This document shows, one piece after another, positions 52,249 through 64,000 of a DNA stretch of 64,000 nucleotides. Below the pieces are notes generated by a model. It saw nothing but the letters and a program-made list of their open reading frames with translations. It ran no database searches and had not been told where the DNA came from. Position numbers and translations under genes: made by a program. The stretch covers positions 8,308,001-8,372,000 of the forward strand of contig JBHGNT010000020.1 in the NCBI GenBank assembly GCA_043228905.1. Direction: 5' to 3'. The stretch comes from Azolla caroliniana. Taxonomy: Eukaryota; Plantae; Polypodiophyta. How positions within the stretch are numbered: the stretch's first letter is position 1; each line of letters begins with the position of its first letter.

Positions 52249-52315
52249 GGATTTTTAGAGAGGGTTGTCAAGGCGTGGGGCCGCGATAGTCCAAACACTC
52301 CGGGAAAACCCCACA
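52249..52315 (+). promoter_or_regulatory. Putative -1 ribosomal frameshift signal (GGATTTT plus H-type pseudoknot)
   Basis: Heptamer at end of PR frame; RT continues in -1 frame; 6-nt spacer; stems GGGTTGTC/GATAGTCC and GTGGGG/CCCCAC. Confidence 0.65.
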
Positions 52316-53734
52316 AATGTACGATAGAGGCGAAACCGAAGAAACCTTGTACCATAAGTAGGAAGTTTTGTTTCTCCGACAATGGAGGGTGTACGATAGT
52401 TGGCGTCGTTGGCCGAGAAAAGACAAGGACATAAGAGCGACTTCGGGTGTGTGGAGTTCTCGGTCCCAGCGAGGAAATCAACAGAGCCGTGGAGGCGGTC
52501 TCCTTCAACGATACCTTGGGAATACTGCGGGAGGTGGTCGGAGAAGGCCTTAAAGAGGACCGGACGATACCGGTTTGTTCAGAAGAGATGTACGAAGTCA
52601 TCACGGACTTCAGTCGGGGGCTCGAGTCGGATCGGATGGCCCGGGTTAACACGAAGTACAAGACTGTGGACCGGAAGGTAAGGCCAGTCGCGGCACCCTT
52701 ACCGGAGGGCAGCGAGTTGCGAATCAAGGGGGTCGCGTCGGACCCCAGTTTACGAGATCCGGCCTACATAGGACACACGTTCACCGACAGAACGCTACGG
52801 GAGCTCAAAATCGGTGGGGGCGGTTTCCTATTGCCGGCGGAAGAAGACCGGTTTCGGAGAATGCTCGGAAGGCACGAGAAAGTCTTCGCATTCTCACCGG
52901 AAGAGATCGGGTGCATGGACCCGACAGTCGTGAAGTCGATGGTGATATTCACAGTACCGCATGTGCCGTGGAATCTCAAACCAATTCCGGTACCGAGAGC
53001 TCACATCCCGGAGCTGATGGAGCTATTGAGACAGAAAGTCGATATGGGCATCCTCGACCCATCGAGTGCCCCGTACTCGAACTGGTGGTTTATAGTACCG
53101 AAGAAGAACGAGACGTTGCGCTTCATTCAAGACCTGCAACCGGTCAACAGAGTGACCATTCGGAACGCAGGAATCGGACCAACGATAGAGGAGTTCGCGG
53201 AGGCCTTCGCCGGAAGGTCGATCTACTCGGTCGGGGATCTGTACTCGGGGTACGATCAGTTCCAACTAGCCGTAGAGAGCAGAGACATTACGACAATGCG
53301 GACTCCTCTCGGCCTAGTGCGGATGTGTACCCTGCCACAAGGAGGGACGAACTCGGTGGCCCACATGGTGAATGCGATGAACAAGGTGCTGAGGGATTGT
53401 ATCCCAGACATGACCATGCCATTCTTGGACGACATCCCGATCAAGGGATGTCCGGTGGAGAAAAGGGATGAAACGATCGAACCGGACAGATGCCAGAAAT
53501 TCGTGGCGACACACATTGACGACTGCAAGAGGGTGCTGCAGAGGCTAGAGGACGCGAGGCTCACCTTCTCCGGGGAGAAATCGGCCTTCGGGCAATCTGA
53601 GATCATGGTCGTCGGACATCTATGTGGACCGTATGGCTGGAAACCGTCTCTGGCTAAGGTAGAAGCCATCTCCGCAATGAAGCCCGACTGTAACTCGGTC
53701 ACGGAGGTATGGAGGTTCTTGGGAGCGTGCGCGT

Positions 53735-56407
53735 TGTCATGAAGATCCGTCACTACGCGCGGATCGTGAGGCGGAACCGCCGGGGTTCTGGACCGGAAGG
53801 ATTCAAAGTTGATACAAGCTTTGGCGAGAAAGTACTTAAGATAGATTGGGAAAGAGAGAAGTTGAGATTAAACGATTGAGAAAGATTGATTAAAGTTTTA
53901 TCTTTAGATTTAAGAAACAAGTTACACGATCAATTTGATAACAAATTTCTTCCTCTTCATTTTCATAAAAAAAAACCGTGTTTTTTCTCCTCCCCCTTCT
54001 TTTATAGATGCTCTCATGCATATGATGCATGTGAGGGTACAAGACATGCATAAATTGCATGTTTGCCATTTGGCGCTTATGTGTTACATGTGGTGCATGA
54101 TAACCATGTCACTCATTTTAGCTCTCATGTATAAGATTTACATGTAAAAGTAGAATGATAGAAATATAATTTCAACTAAATAGCATGGCTTAATGGTAAG
54201 CCAATTGACTCCTAACTTGGAGGTGCAAGGTTCGAATCCTTACTTGCCCTCCTTGTATATGTAAGTATATATATTTATATATTTATTTATCTAGTCGTCG
54301 CACACCGGTTCGCCGGATGTCGTCGGTTACCGGTGCCTCGCCGGATGCCGTCGTCGGTTGCCGTTGGATACCCGTGCCGTCGCCGGATGCCGTCGGTTAC
54401 CAGTGCCTCGCTGGTTGCCGCCGGATACCCGTGCCATCGTCTCACCGGCGCCGGATACCGCCGGTGCTGCCGCCGGATGTCGTCGTCTCACCGGCAAATA
54501 CCGGTGCCGGCGCCGGATACCGGTTTGCCGTCGGATGCCGCCGGATAACCGGCTCTTAGCCCACCTCCACTCTTAGTTCAAGTTATCTTGACTCTCTATG
54601 CTCCACACATAGACACAAAGATAATATGATGAGATTCGTATTTGTCGTGCCTATGTGGGATATCTCACAATTTTCTCTTTTCCTTTCACAAACTTTATAC
54701 CCTCATATCTTGATATTTTGTTGTCCGTTTCTTGTGTAATAAAGTGCATTCGAAACCTCCATCATTTTGTACTTAGATATTAAATTTATTTAAAATGTTA
54801 TCTTCACAATTATTGTACTATGTGATTCATACTCGATTTCGTACGTTTTATGAGATTTTCACACTATTGCCGAAAATCTTCACGACATCCACCCCCACCA
54901 AACCGCACGTCCTCCGGTACGTGCCAAGAAGAGAAGAAGGGAGATTTCAGCTACAATGATCAATTAGATTCCTCCATGTCTTCATTTTCGTCCGGCCTAT
55001 TATGTTCATCGTCGAGGTAATCGAGGTCAGAATCCTTGTCTTGTCTTTTCTTGAAAATCTTTACTCTTTTTCCCGCAATGGGTACGGCCAACCTTGATCC
55101 GTCTAGTTCCGCAAGGTGGTATGTGGCATTATCGTTGGCACTTGTCACCACATACGGCCCGAACCATCTTCTTGCGAACTTCCTTGTTGTACTGTGTTGA
55201 TTGTCAAGGGTGCTGTCGTAAACCAAAACCCAATCCCCTTCTTCAATCTTCTTGGGACGAAGCCGATGCGTGTTGTCGAACCGAACTTTGTTCTTTACTC
55301 GGGCTGCCTTCATCATCTTTCGCGCTTTTTCTAAATCTTCAGGTCTTCTTTCAAGTTGCCTTATCCGCGCCGCTAATAACTCTTCTTGGCTCATCTCGTT
55401 CTCCCACGGTATCGCTACCCATGAGGCGATCGTCCTTTCGATGGGCATAATCGGCTTTTGTCCATACATAAGCTCCGTCGGTATATACCCTACCACCGAG
55501 CTATGTGTCGTTCTATTGGCCCACAAGGCATAGGGTAATAGTCGTGGCCAATTCCCAACTCGACCGTTGCATGCCCGTACGATGGCTTTAACGATAGGTT
55601 CATGCCCTTGCTCGATCTTCCCATTTGCTTCCGGATTGTAGGCAATCGTGAGGGAGAGCTTCACTCCTAGTCTTTCGAAGAGCTCTGTCGCTTCGTGCGC
55701 GTCCAAATCCCCTCGGTCGGCCACTATCTTCCCTACACATCCATATCGGCAAACAACATCTTCAAGTAGAAATTTGCAAACAGCTAAAGTCGTCTTATTT
55801 GTCAAGGCTCGTCCTTCCACTTGATTTGTCAAGTCTTCCCTTGGCAGCGCTAAGTACTTCATTTGTCCCACTCCCATTGGCATCGAGACCAGATCCACCA
55901 TCCATTACCGGTGCCTCGCCGGATACCGATGCCGCCGCCGTCGCCGTCGCCGGATTGCTGTCGGATGCCGGTGTCTCACTGGCGCCAGATGTCGTCAGAT
56001 CACCAGCTCCATCGCCGGTCCGGTTTTGGTTGGCCAAAACCCTTTACGAGTAGCTAGCCCACCTCCACTCTTAGTTCAAGTTATCTTGAACTCTCTATGC
56101 TCCACACATAGACACAAAGATAATATCTTTTGCTCCACCTTATATATGATGAGAGCCGTATTTGTCGTGCCTATGTGGGATATCTCACAAATTTCTCTTT
56201 TCCTTTCACAAACTTTATACCCTCATATCTTGACATTTAGTTGTCCGTTTCTCGTGTAATAAAGTGCATTCGAAACCTCCATCATTTTGTACTTAGATAT
56301 TAAATTTATTTAAAATGTTATCTTCACAATTATTGTACTATGTGATTCATACTCGATTTCGTATGTTTTATGGGATTTTCACACTATTGCCGAAAATCTT
56401 CACGACA
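53735..56407 (-). mobile_element. Ty3/gypsy G4, internally deleted, 4-bp TSD GCGT
   Basis: Full 3' LTR 53735-54887, PPT 54888-54900, integrase fragment 54960-55901 fused to first ~500 bp of the 5' LTR (~55905-56407); GCGT at 53731-53734 and 56408-56411. Confidence 0.92.
54181..54248 (+). ncRNA. tRNA-like element (Arg-CCT-like) in G4 LTR, antisense to the LTR
   Basis: D-arm GGCT-TAATGGTA-AGCC, loop CTCCTAA, T-arm AAGG-TTCGAAT-CCTT; acceptor stem not convincing. Confidence 0.65.
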
Positions 56408-59400
56408 GCGTTCTACCACATATGGATCCTGCATTACGCCCACGTTGCCAAGCCGCTATACGGGTTGCTGAAAAAGGGGCGAAAATTTGAGTGGCGAGAC
56501 GAGCATACGAAGTCGGTGCGAAAGATGGAGGCTCTTGCTGCAGCTCCGGCACTCCGGAAGGCTGTCTACGAGAAAGGCACTCCCATCTACATAACGGTAG
56601 ATACAAGTCCGACCGGGATCGGATGGGTCGTCAACCAAGAAGATGAGGACGGCATTCGATTCCCAATCCGGTTCGGCGCAAAGGTCCTCAGCGAGCGACA
56701 GCGAGGATACGTGCAGGTTAAACGCGAACTCTGGGGTATCGTTTCAGCGGTGAAGGCCGATAAAGACTATCTAATCGGGACAGAAGTGATTATCGAGACG
56801 GACTGCCTACCGATTCTCGGCATGGTTTCCGGATGCGCAACCCCGGACCTGGCAATGCTCAGGTGGATAGCGTACATCAAGTCCCTGTGCCCGGAAATAC
56901 GACACATTTCCGGGAAAGACAATGCCATGGCCGACATGCTTTCGAGGGCGCGATTCGACAACGAGGGCGGCATGGTTTCGGAGGACGAGGAAGTCGACGT
57001 GGACTTCTTCGAGGCGGCTTACGTAACAACCGAGGGGGGGGAGCACTCCGGCGCTTAACGATTTCAACAAGAGCAAGGAGGATAGGGAGTGGCTGCAGAT
57101 TGGGGGATTCTTAAGGACCATGACGCCAGACGCGTCATGGACAAAGAACGAGGCCAACCGGATCCGGAAGAAAGCGTACCGATTCTTTCTCCGGGACGGA
57201 TACTTGTGCAAGCACCCGAAGAAGAGAAATGACATCCCGCTCCGAGTAGTGGCGATAAAGGAGGAACAGGAGGAGTTGTTGGAGGCCTACCACGACAGCC
57301 CCTGGGCTAGACACCGTGGGACGTGGGCCACGTTCGAGAAACTAAAGGGGAAGTACTGGTGGCCGGGATTGTACCGGGACGTGCATCGGTTCATGACAAC
57401 TTGTGAGAGCTGTCAGATACACTCCATAGTCCGACATCGGGACAAGCTTCACCGTACATACCCTCCGGCCATCCACTTCAAATGGATGGTAGATTTGGTG
57501 ACGATGCCGATGGGCGTAGGGCAGATGCGATATCTGGTGCTGGCCCGGGAGGACCTGACGAACCAGATGGAAGGCCGAGCCCTGTAGAACCAAACGACCG
57601 CGGCCGTGTGTCGGTTCCTGATCGAGGACGTGATATGCCGGTACGGGTGCGTCGGGAAGATCGTGGCTGACCGCGGGGAGTTGGACGCCGAAGAGACCAA
57701 GGAGCTGTTCGACCGGTTAGGCGTCAAGCTCTCGCTCACCACAGCGTACAATCCGGAGGCGAACGGGAAGGTGGAGCGCGGACACGGATCGATCGTCAAA
57801 GCGCTAGTCCGGGCATGCGGAGGCCAGGTCGGGAACTAGCCACGACTGTTACCTTATGCCTTGTGGGCGGACTGGATAACGCACAGTTCGGTAACCGGGT
57901 TCATGCCGTCAGAGCTCATGTTCGGACAAAAGCCGATCATGCCGATGGAACGGACGATCTCCTCTTGGGCGACAGTGGACTGGAGAGACGAGATGAGCCG
58001 GGAAGAACTGCTAGCGGCGCGTATACGGCAGCTCGAGCAGAGGCCAGAGGATGTGGAACGAGCGGCGGAGAGACTTCGGACGGCGAGGATGAGGAACAAA
58101 GCCCGGTTCGACCGAACGCACCGGCTCCGACCAAAGAAAATCAAGGAAGGCGACTAGGTGCTAGTCTACGACAGCAACCTCGATAACCAGCACCGGGCAA
58201 CACGGAAGTTTGAAAAGCGGTGGTTCGGGCCTTACGTGGTAACGAGCGCCAACGACAACGGGACGTATCACCTGGCGGAACTCGACGGTACAAGGATGGC
58301 GATACCGGTAGCAGGGAAGCGGATCAAAGCGTTCAAGAAGCGCCACGACGGTGAACCGGATCTGAGAGGCCTGGACAGTGACGACGAACAGTCTGAAACA
58401 GAGGACGAACCGGTGGACGACGAACCGGAACCCGGACCGGTTTTCTCCAACCAGAACCCAATTTTGGCGCACACCGGTGGATGCGTGGTTAGGTGGGGGC
58501 GGATGTCGTGAAGAAAACCGTCCCTTAGCGCAATCAGTGCATAGCACGCGTGAACCGGCTCTTCACACGTGCGCGCCCTTTAATGTATATAGTAGAGAAT
58601 TAGGTACAAAGGTATATCCTAGGTAGTTAGATTCAGTAGGTAGGAAGTTAATGAGGGAAACGGCTCCCCTCTTGAAGCTATAAAAGAGAGGGAGACGCGG
58701 GGAGACAGGATCGCGCGTTGAGGAGGACGAAGTGCTATCAGACCGTAACCGAACGTTTCTCCTCTGTTCATTCTCCATCGCTCTTCTCTGCAGGATTTCG
58801 AGAGGCTCGCGCTGCTTCGAGGAACGCCCGTGTGCTTCCGGCAACACCTCCATCCTATCCCCTTTCGTGCGCAGACGAGCAGGCATCGGCATCTGTTCGC
58901 CGGCCTGTTCGGTTGTAACCGCTCGCGTGCTCTGTTGTTTTGTGTCATTTGTTAATATACAAACATTCGTGTCTCTCTGTCTCTGTGTCCATTCGTGTTT
59001 TCTGCGTTGACGGGCCGTGTCCCTGTGTTTCTTTGCTCATACGTTACCGGTCGTCTCTCTCTTTCTCTTTCCCCTCCTATCACCTGCTCTTCGGTTCAAG
59101 ACCTCGGTGGTCCCGCCTCGTTTCTCCACGCACGCACGTAGTAACGCGACACCGGTCTGTCCGTCCACATCTTCTCATATATTAATATATATTAAGACTA
59201 CTAATTACAACAGTTCCCGAATAAACTATTCCTTTCACACTCTGGTTTGGACCTCCTTAAAACACCGAGACATTTGAAATAGGTAATATGTCGCATTTTA
59301 AGAACTATCCGTCAAAAAAAGACACAAAATAGGTCGATTGACAAAAAGGGGTGCCGCATGCATAAAGGATTTTCAAAAATGACCCAAAAATATATTGATT

Positions 59401-59540
59401 TTAAGCATGTCCAAAATTGTAGGTCTTTCAAAACAGGCCTAAATAATAGACATGCCAAACTTACAAAAGAATGTACAAAATGACTACCACCTATATTTAT
59501 ACATATTCGTTAACTGACATTTTGATGTACAATTCAATAT

Positions 59541-62294
59541 CTACAGAGCATGTGTCAAACTATCGCTTTCCAAGTCTATGCCATCATTTTCAGACCCATC
59601 CAATGAACTAGAAGAGCTTTGTGAGGTATCATCCTCATCATCACTGGCAACCAATGCATTGTCTTCATCCAATTGCAATCCAACATCACCATGGTTATGA
59701 GACATGCTTCTTGTTTGTCTTTGTGTAGTGGTTGGAGCCGCATTTGGGATCTTCTCTTTTAATATCTTGATTGTGGTCTGTCTTAGATGGCCTGTTTTGG
59801 TCAAGGAGAAGTCATACACTAGTATGTCAACATTATCCAATGTAAGAACAGACGTGCTTGGTAGATTCTTTCTTCTTCGCTTTCTAGTTGTGCCTTCAAC
59901 ATCCTTAACCATCTCTAAAGAGTACTTTCCAGTGAATGGATTTGGTGAAGAGGTGTGATACCAATGAACCACAATGGGCTTAACTTGATTGCCTGATTCA
60001 TCCTTCATTATATCCAAAATTTTAGCAATCCAAAATGGATGGCCCAACTCATCATCCCCAGCTAATGTTGCAACTAACATCCCAACTTGTAGTTCATGCA
60101 AACTGCCTTGCCATCTTGCCTCTGCAGTACGCGATATTCTTGGTCCCACATAAATATCTCTCTGTCGTGGGCGAACTAGATTATTGAGTTCAACATTACC
60201 AATTAATTGATGGTTAGCAGGTGAAACTATTGACGGTATACCAATGTTCCATGTGAAAGCATTTTGGATTGGCCATACTCCGGCAATGTAGTTGTTTAAA
60301 ATTGTATGTTGATGGTTAAAGAAGGTATCCCACCATTGAACATCTTGATCACCAGCATACTTCTTGGTGCGCTCAATATTTCTTTGTTTCTCTTCAAGGC
60401 ATCGCATCCAATATATCTTTTTCTCATCAATTGAGTTGCTATGAACCATTTTTTTATGGTCATCATACGGCATTTGTTCTGCACCATGGATTTCTGTATT
60501 TGGAAAATGAAGTAAGAACCTACAACCCTCTTGTGGCTCCCATTGTGAACTAGATGAGTAATGTTTTGCATACAACATCGTCGTGTTGTGGATCATATCA
60601 CTTCGTTTTATGAGGAAGACATGGTTAAAACTTATATTATTCAGAGGTGCAAGAACCCTACCTTGAGCCCCATCACCATCCATGCAGAAGCGTTTAAAAT
60701 CATACACTTCATTCAACAGATGTACTTCGGGCTTCGGGGTATAAGCTTCACTGATCAACGTTGTTAGCGTAGGAAGCGTGAAAGCATCACATCGTGCTAA
60801 TTTCTTTGAGAACCTACTAAACATTTGATCTATATGATCATGGGTATGACCAACTAGTAAGAAGTTAACCTTAATCTTCTTAAATAAACCCTTCTCTACT
60901 AGCATGCTTAAGTAACCGAAAACAGTCGAGTTTTTGTTTTCTCTGGCTGTATTGTCAAGTTGCACATATAGAACAGGCGGGAGTATACCTGGCCAAGACT
61001 GCAACACTCTTTGCATGACTGTAACTGTAAGATTAGGGTTGTTGTGGATATTAGGATAAGTTAAGAATACTTGAGGCCTTATTGTCTGACAATATGACAA
61101 GCAACCTACTAAATGCATTTGTACAAGGCATTCATCTCCAATATCCTTTGGCAACCTTTGAAAGTGTGGCAAACAAGTCTTCTTCTGATCCATGCCATCA
61201 ATAATCATACACATATACCTTTCAGGTGATTGGAGAGCTTTTCCTCGGTGGTGCATAGCTTTAGAACGTTCCAATGCTTGACTCTCATGGTGTTCTTTCA
61301 ATAGATTCTTGTAATTCTTTATTTCATCATTTGATTTCCCACCCTTTGCCATACTCTTTAAACTTGCACATATTGAACAAACACCCATTCGAACATTATT
61401 CGGTATAACCACATTGTTAAATTGTAACCTCCATAATCGATTGAAATGTCGATACTGTATGTAAGGTACACCTTGTGACAACATGTCGTCTTTATATTCT
61501 TGATACACCTCACGACGAGTGAAATTATCAGACAACTGCAATCTCCCAGTAGTAGGCATAATATCACATTGCTTTGAGAAATATATCTCCATCCAATTAA
61601 TAGAATGACGCCCTATAAGACCCTTACTACCAGAGGAATTCATATCAAAAGGTATAAACGATCCTTTACCAATCTTAGTTGTATTCTCTGAAGCCTCATG
61701 TTCCCAATGCTATGAGCAATTTTTGAAAGCAACTCTACAACACTTAGTCCTCAATGCAAGGTAATATTCAACGTGCATTGAACTAGCTCCAGTAGCATGA
61801 TCTCTTACAAGCTGCATATGTGAAATAAGAAAAGTATCTTGTTCCTCACCATTAAGTGATAGATACTTCTCCCGCATTATTCGTAAGTTTGACTTTCCAA
61901 ATTTATTAAGACATAGATTCCCACAACATGTCTTGCTCGAATCACAAACAATTTGACGATCAGAACATAAAAAGTTATATCTCTTTACACTAACTTGTTG
62001 AGGAACTCTTTGGAATGTGAGAGGCTTTGTTACGCAAGCTTCGCCAGATGTGGTTTCATCCTTGTCAATGCTTGCACAACTTTTGCTATCTTGTATACCA
62101 CTTTGTCCTGGCCTCTTGAAAGGGTCAATTGAGAAAAGTGAGTTTGAGTTATTACCAACATCACAACTAACATTTTCACTTGGACCCTTTGAAACACTTG
62201 GGACCTTGTACTCATCGACTGAGAAATATGAGTTACTCGATAAAGCATAAGGGTCCATTGAAAACAAGGATGATCTACTTGAAGCACAAGACAT
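59541..62294 (-). pseudogene. Sola1-like DDD transposase (~900 aa) with one interruption near 61710
   Basis: CSIC...H, IIDGMDQKKT.LP, QLDNTARENKN, VGHTHDHIDQMFS; the 194-aa and 700-aa ORFs share a frame; termini not identified. Confidence 0.7.
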
Positions 62295-62819
62295 CTTGAA
62301 GCCTAACTTAAATTAACACCTTTCTCTTGTTTAAGTAGAAGTTTAAGAATTTAAGATCTAGTCTACGAACATAAACCATATGAAGACATCTTGGGATAAA
62401 AGATAAGGTATATTGACATCATATTATTATTTAATATTGTAAATTTTTTATAATAAATTATTGTGTAATATTGTATTTTTTTAAGAGAAAATCTTTTTTT
62501 TAAAATAATTATTTTATTTTCCAAAAAAACAATTTAAGTTAACTATATAAATAGAGATCTACCGCTCATTATCTCTTACACGTTTCAAGAGCTCAGAGCA
62601 CTCTTTAGAAAAAGTCATCTTTTTCTGTGTTCATCAACACATTGTCAACAACTAGTCTAACATGAAATCGAGCAAGACAGTTGGTAAGTAAGTCTTCTAT
62701 TACCCAAATTTAAAGATTCCTAAAGATACCATAAAGATTCTTTTTTATTATCTATAAAATTGAGTGACTTTAATTATAATTAGTTTGGTGTATGTATAAT
62801 TTCTTCAGTTTCTTGAGAG

Positions 62820-63866
62820 GATGTCCTGTCTAATTCGATGCAGTGCATCAGATTAGAAAGTACTTCCTCGCTAACTCGATGAACTGCATCGGGGTAGATA
62901 GGAAATTAAGACAACACATACATAAGAGTAAGAGGTTATCGTCCCTAATCCGATGCACTACATTGGATTAGGGAGGATATGATACGACATCCTCTAAAAT
63001 CCGATGGTTATCCTCCCCAATCCGATGCAATGCATCGGATTTCAGACGATGTCGTATCATATCCTCCCTAATCCAATGTACTGCATCAGATTAGGGAGCA
63101 TTGCATTAGATTTAGGAGAAGATGATCAGGAAACCTCTGAAATCCGATGCACTGCATCGGATTAGGGAGAAAATCCTCCCTAATCCGATGAAATGCATCG
63201 GATTTCAGAGGATGTCGTATCATATCCTCCCAAATCCAATGTAATGCATCGGAGTAGGGAGGAGATGATGAGAAAACCTCTGATTTCAGAGGATTTCCTC
63301 CCTAATCCGATGCTACAGTGCATCGGATTAGGGAGGAGATGATCAGAAAACCTCTGAAATCCAACGCAGTGCAACGGATTTCAGAGGATGTCCTCTCTAA
63401 TCCGATGCGGTGCATTGGATTAGGGAGGAGATGATCAGAAAACCTCTGAAATCCAACGCAGTGCAACGGATTTCAGAGGATGTCCTCTCTAATCCGATGC
63501 ACTGCATCGGATTAGGGAGGAGATGATCAGAAAACCTCTGAAATCCGACGCAGTGCAATGGATTTCAGAGGATGTCCTCTCTAATCCGATGCACTGCATC
63601 GGATTAGGGAGGAGATGATCAGAAAACCTCTGAAATCCGATGCAATGCATCGGATTTCAGAGGATGTCCTCTCTAATCCAATGCAGTGCATCGGATTAGG
63701 GAGGAGATGATCAGAAAACCTCTGAAATCCCATGCAGTGCAACGGATTTCAGAGGATGTCCTCTCTAATCCAATGCGGTGCATTGGATTAGGGAGGAGAT
63801 GATCAGAAAACCTCCCAAATCCGATAAATCCTCTGAAATCCGATGCACTGCATCGGATTTCAGAGG
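62820..63866. repeat. 92-bp tandem array made of two alternating palindromes (core ATCCGATGCANTGCATCGGAT)
   Basis: TCAGAGGATGTCC recurs at 63381, 63473, 63565; degenerate toward 62820. Confidence 0.92.
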
Positions 63867-64000
63867 ACGTGCTAGCTTTATTTTAGGTATATTAAGATGT
63901 ATTTTATGTATATTTAGGTGTATTTCGTCGTATTTACGTTTCTGTTACATGTACTTAGGTGTATTTATATGTATTTAGTAGTGTTTAGGTGTGTTTAGGT

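Larger units (their letters stand above)
50132..58511 (+). pseudogene. G3 gag-pol, degenerate and split by G4
   Basis: VDHSSEIN, DLYSGYDQ, FLDD, FLGACA|FYHIWI across G4, NPEANGKVERGH, WFGPY. Confidence 0.9.
49503..59151 (+). mobile_element. Ty3/gypsy G3, tRNA-Trp PBS, 4-bp TSD CCGG
   Basis: LTRs 49503-50087 and 58504-59151 (~63-bp indel); CCGG at 49499-49502 and 59152-59155; PBS 50092-50109; gag-PR-RT-RH-INT homologous to G2. Confidence 0.95.
49171..59212 (-). repeat. Probable solo LTR (~390 bp net) without matching TSD, interrupted by G3
   Basis: TGTTAAT at 49171 and TACAACA at 59212; minus-strand TATA (CCTATATAAAGG); rc end CCGACCCTAGGATTAACA resembles the G1 LTR end; flanks ATCAT vs GTTCC differ. 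Confidence 0.55.

Noticed and set aside
50287-53753. Long antisense and alternate-frame ORFs over G3 and other pol genes
   Set aside because: Shadow ORFs of GC-rich coding sequence with no independent motifs
54181-54248. Functional tRNA-Arg gene
   Set aside because: Acceptor and anticodon stems are imperfect and it lies within an LTR; reported only as tRNA-like

Overview
Eukaryotic, TE-saturated region with no intact host gene; the element types and (CT)n(CA)n-bearing LTRs suggest a seed-free land plant such as a fern (inference). The core is a six-deep nest: copia C2 (-) <- gag-less/RT-less copia C3 (+) <- Ty3 G1 with an extra 3' ORF <- ~12.9-kb Sola2-type DNA transposon (26-bp TIRs, spliced transposase, spliced RING-H2/coiled-coil cargo gene, AGTAC-rich intronic arrays) <- copia C4 (-) <- Ty3 G2. 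Four independent insertions of one unusual Ty3 lineage (solo LTR S1, G2, G3, G4; TGTCG...CGACA-type ends, tRNA-Trp PBS where present) all have 4-bp TSDs centred on CG (GCGG, ACGT, CCGG, GCGT). Three of them carry tRNA-like Pol III modules in their LTRs, and G3 has a slippery site plus pseudoknot between protease and RT. The right end holds a second, Sola1-like transposase next to a 92-bp palindromic array. All coordinates, alignments and counts were read by eye; family names rest on motif recognition, not database searches.
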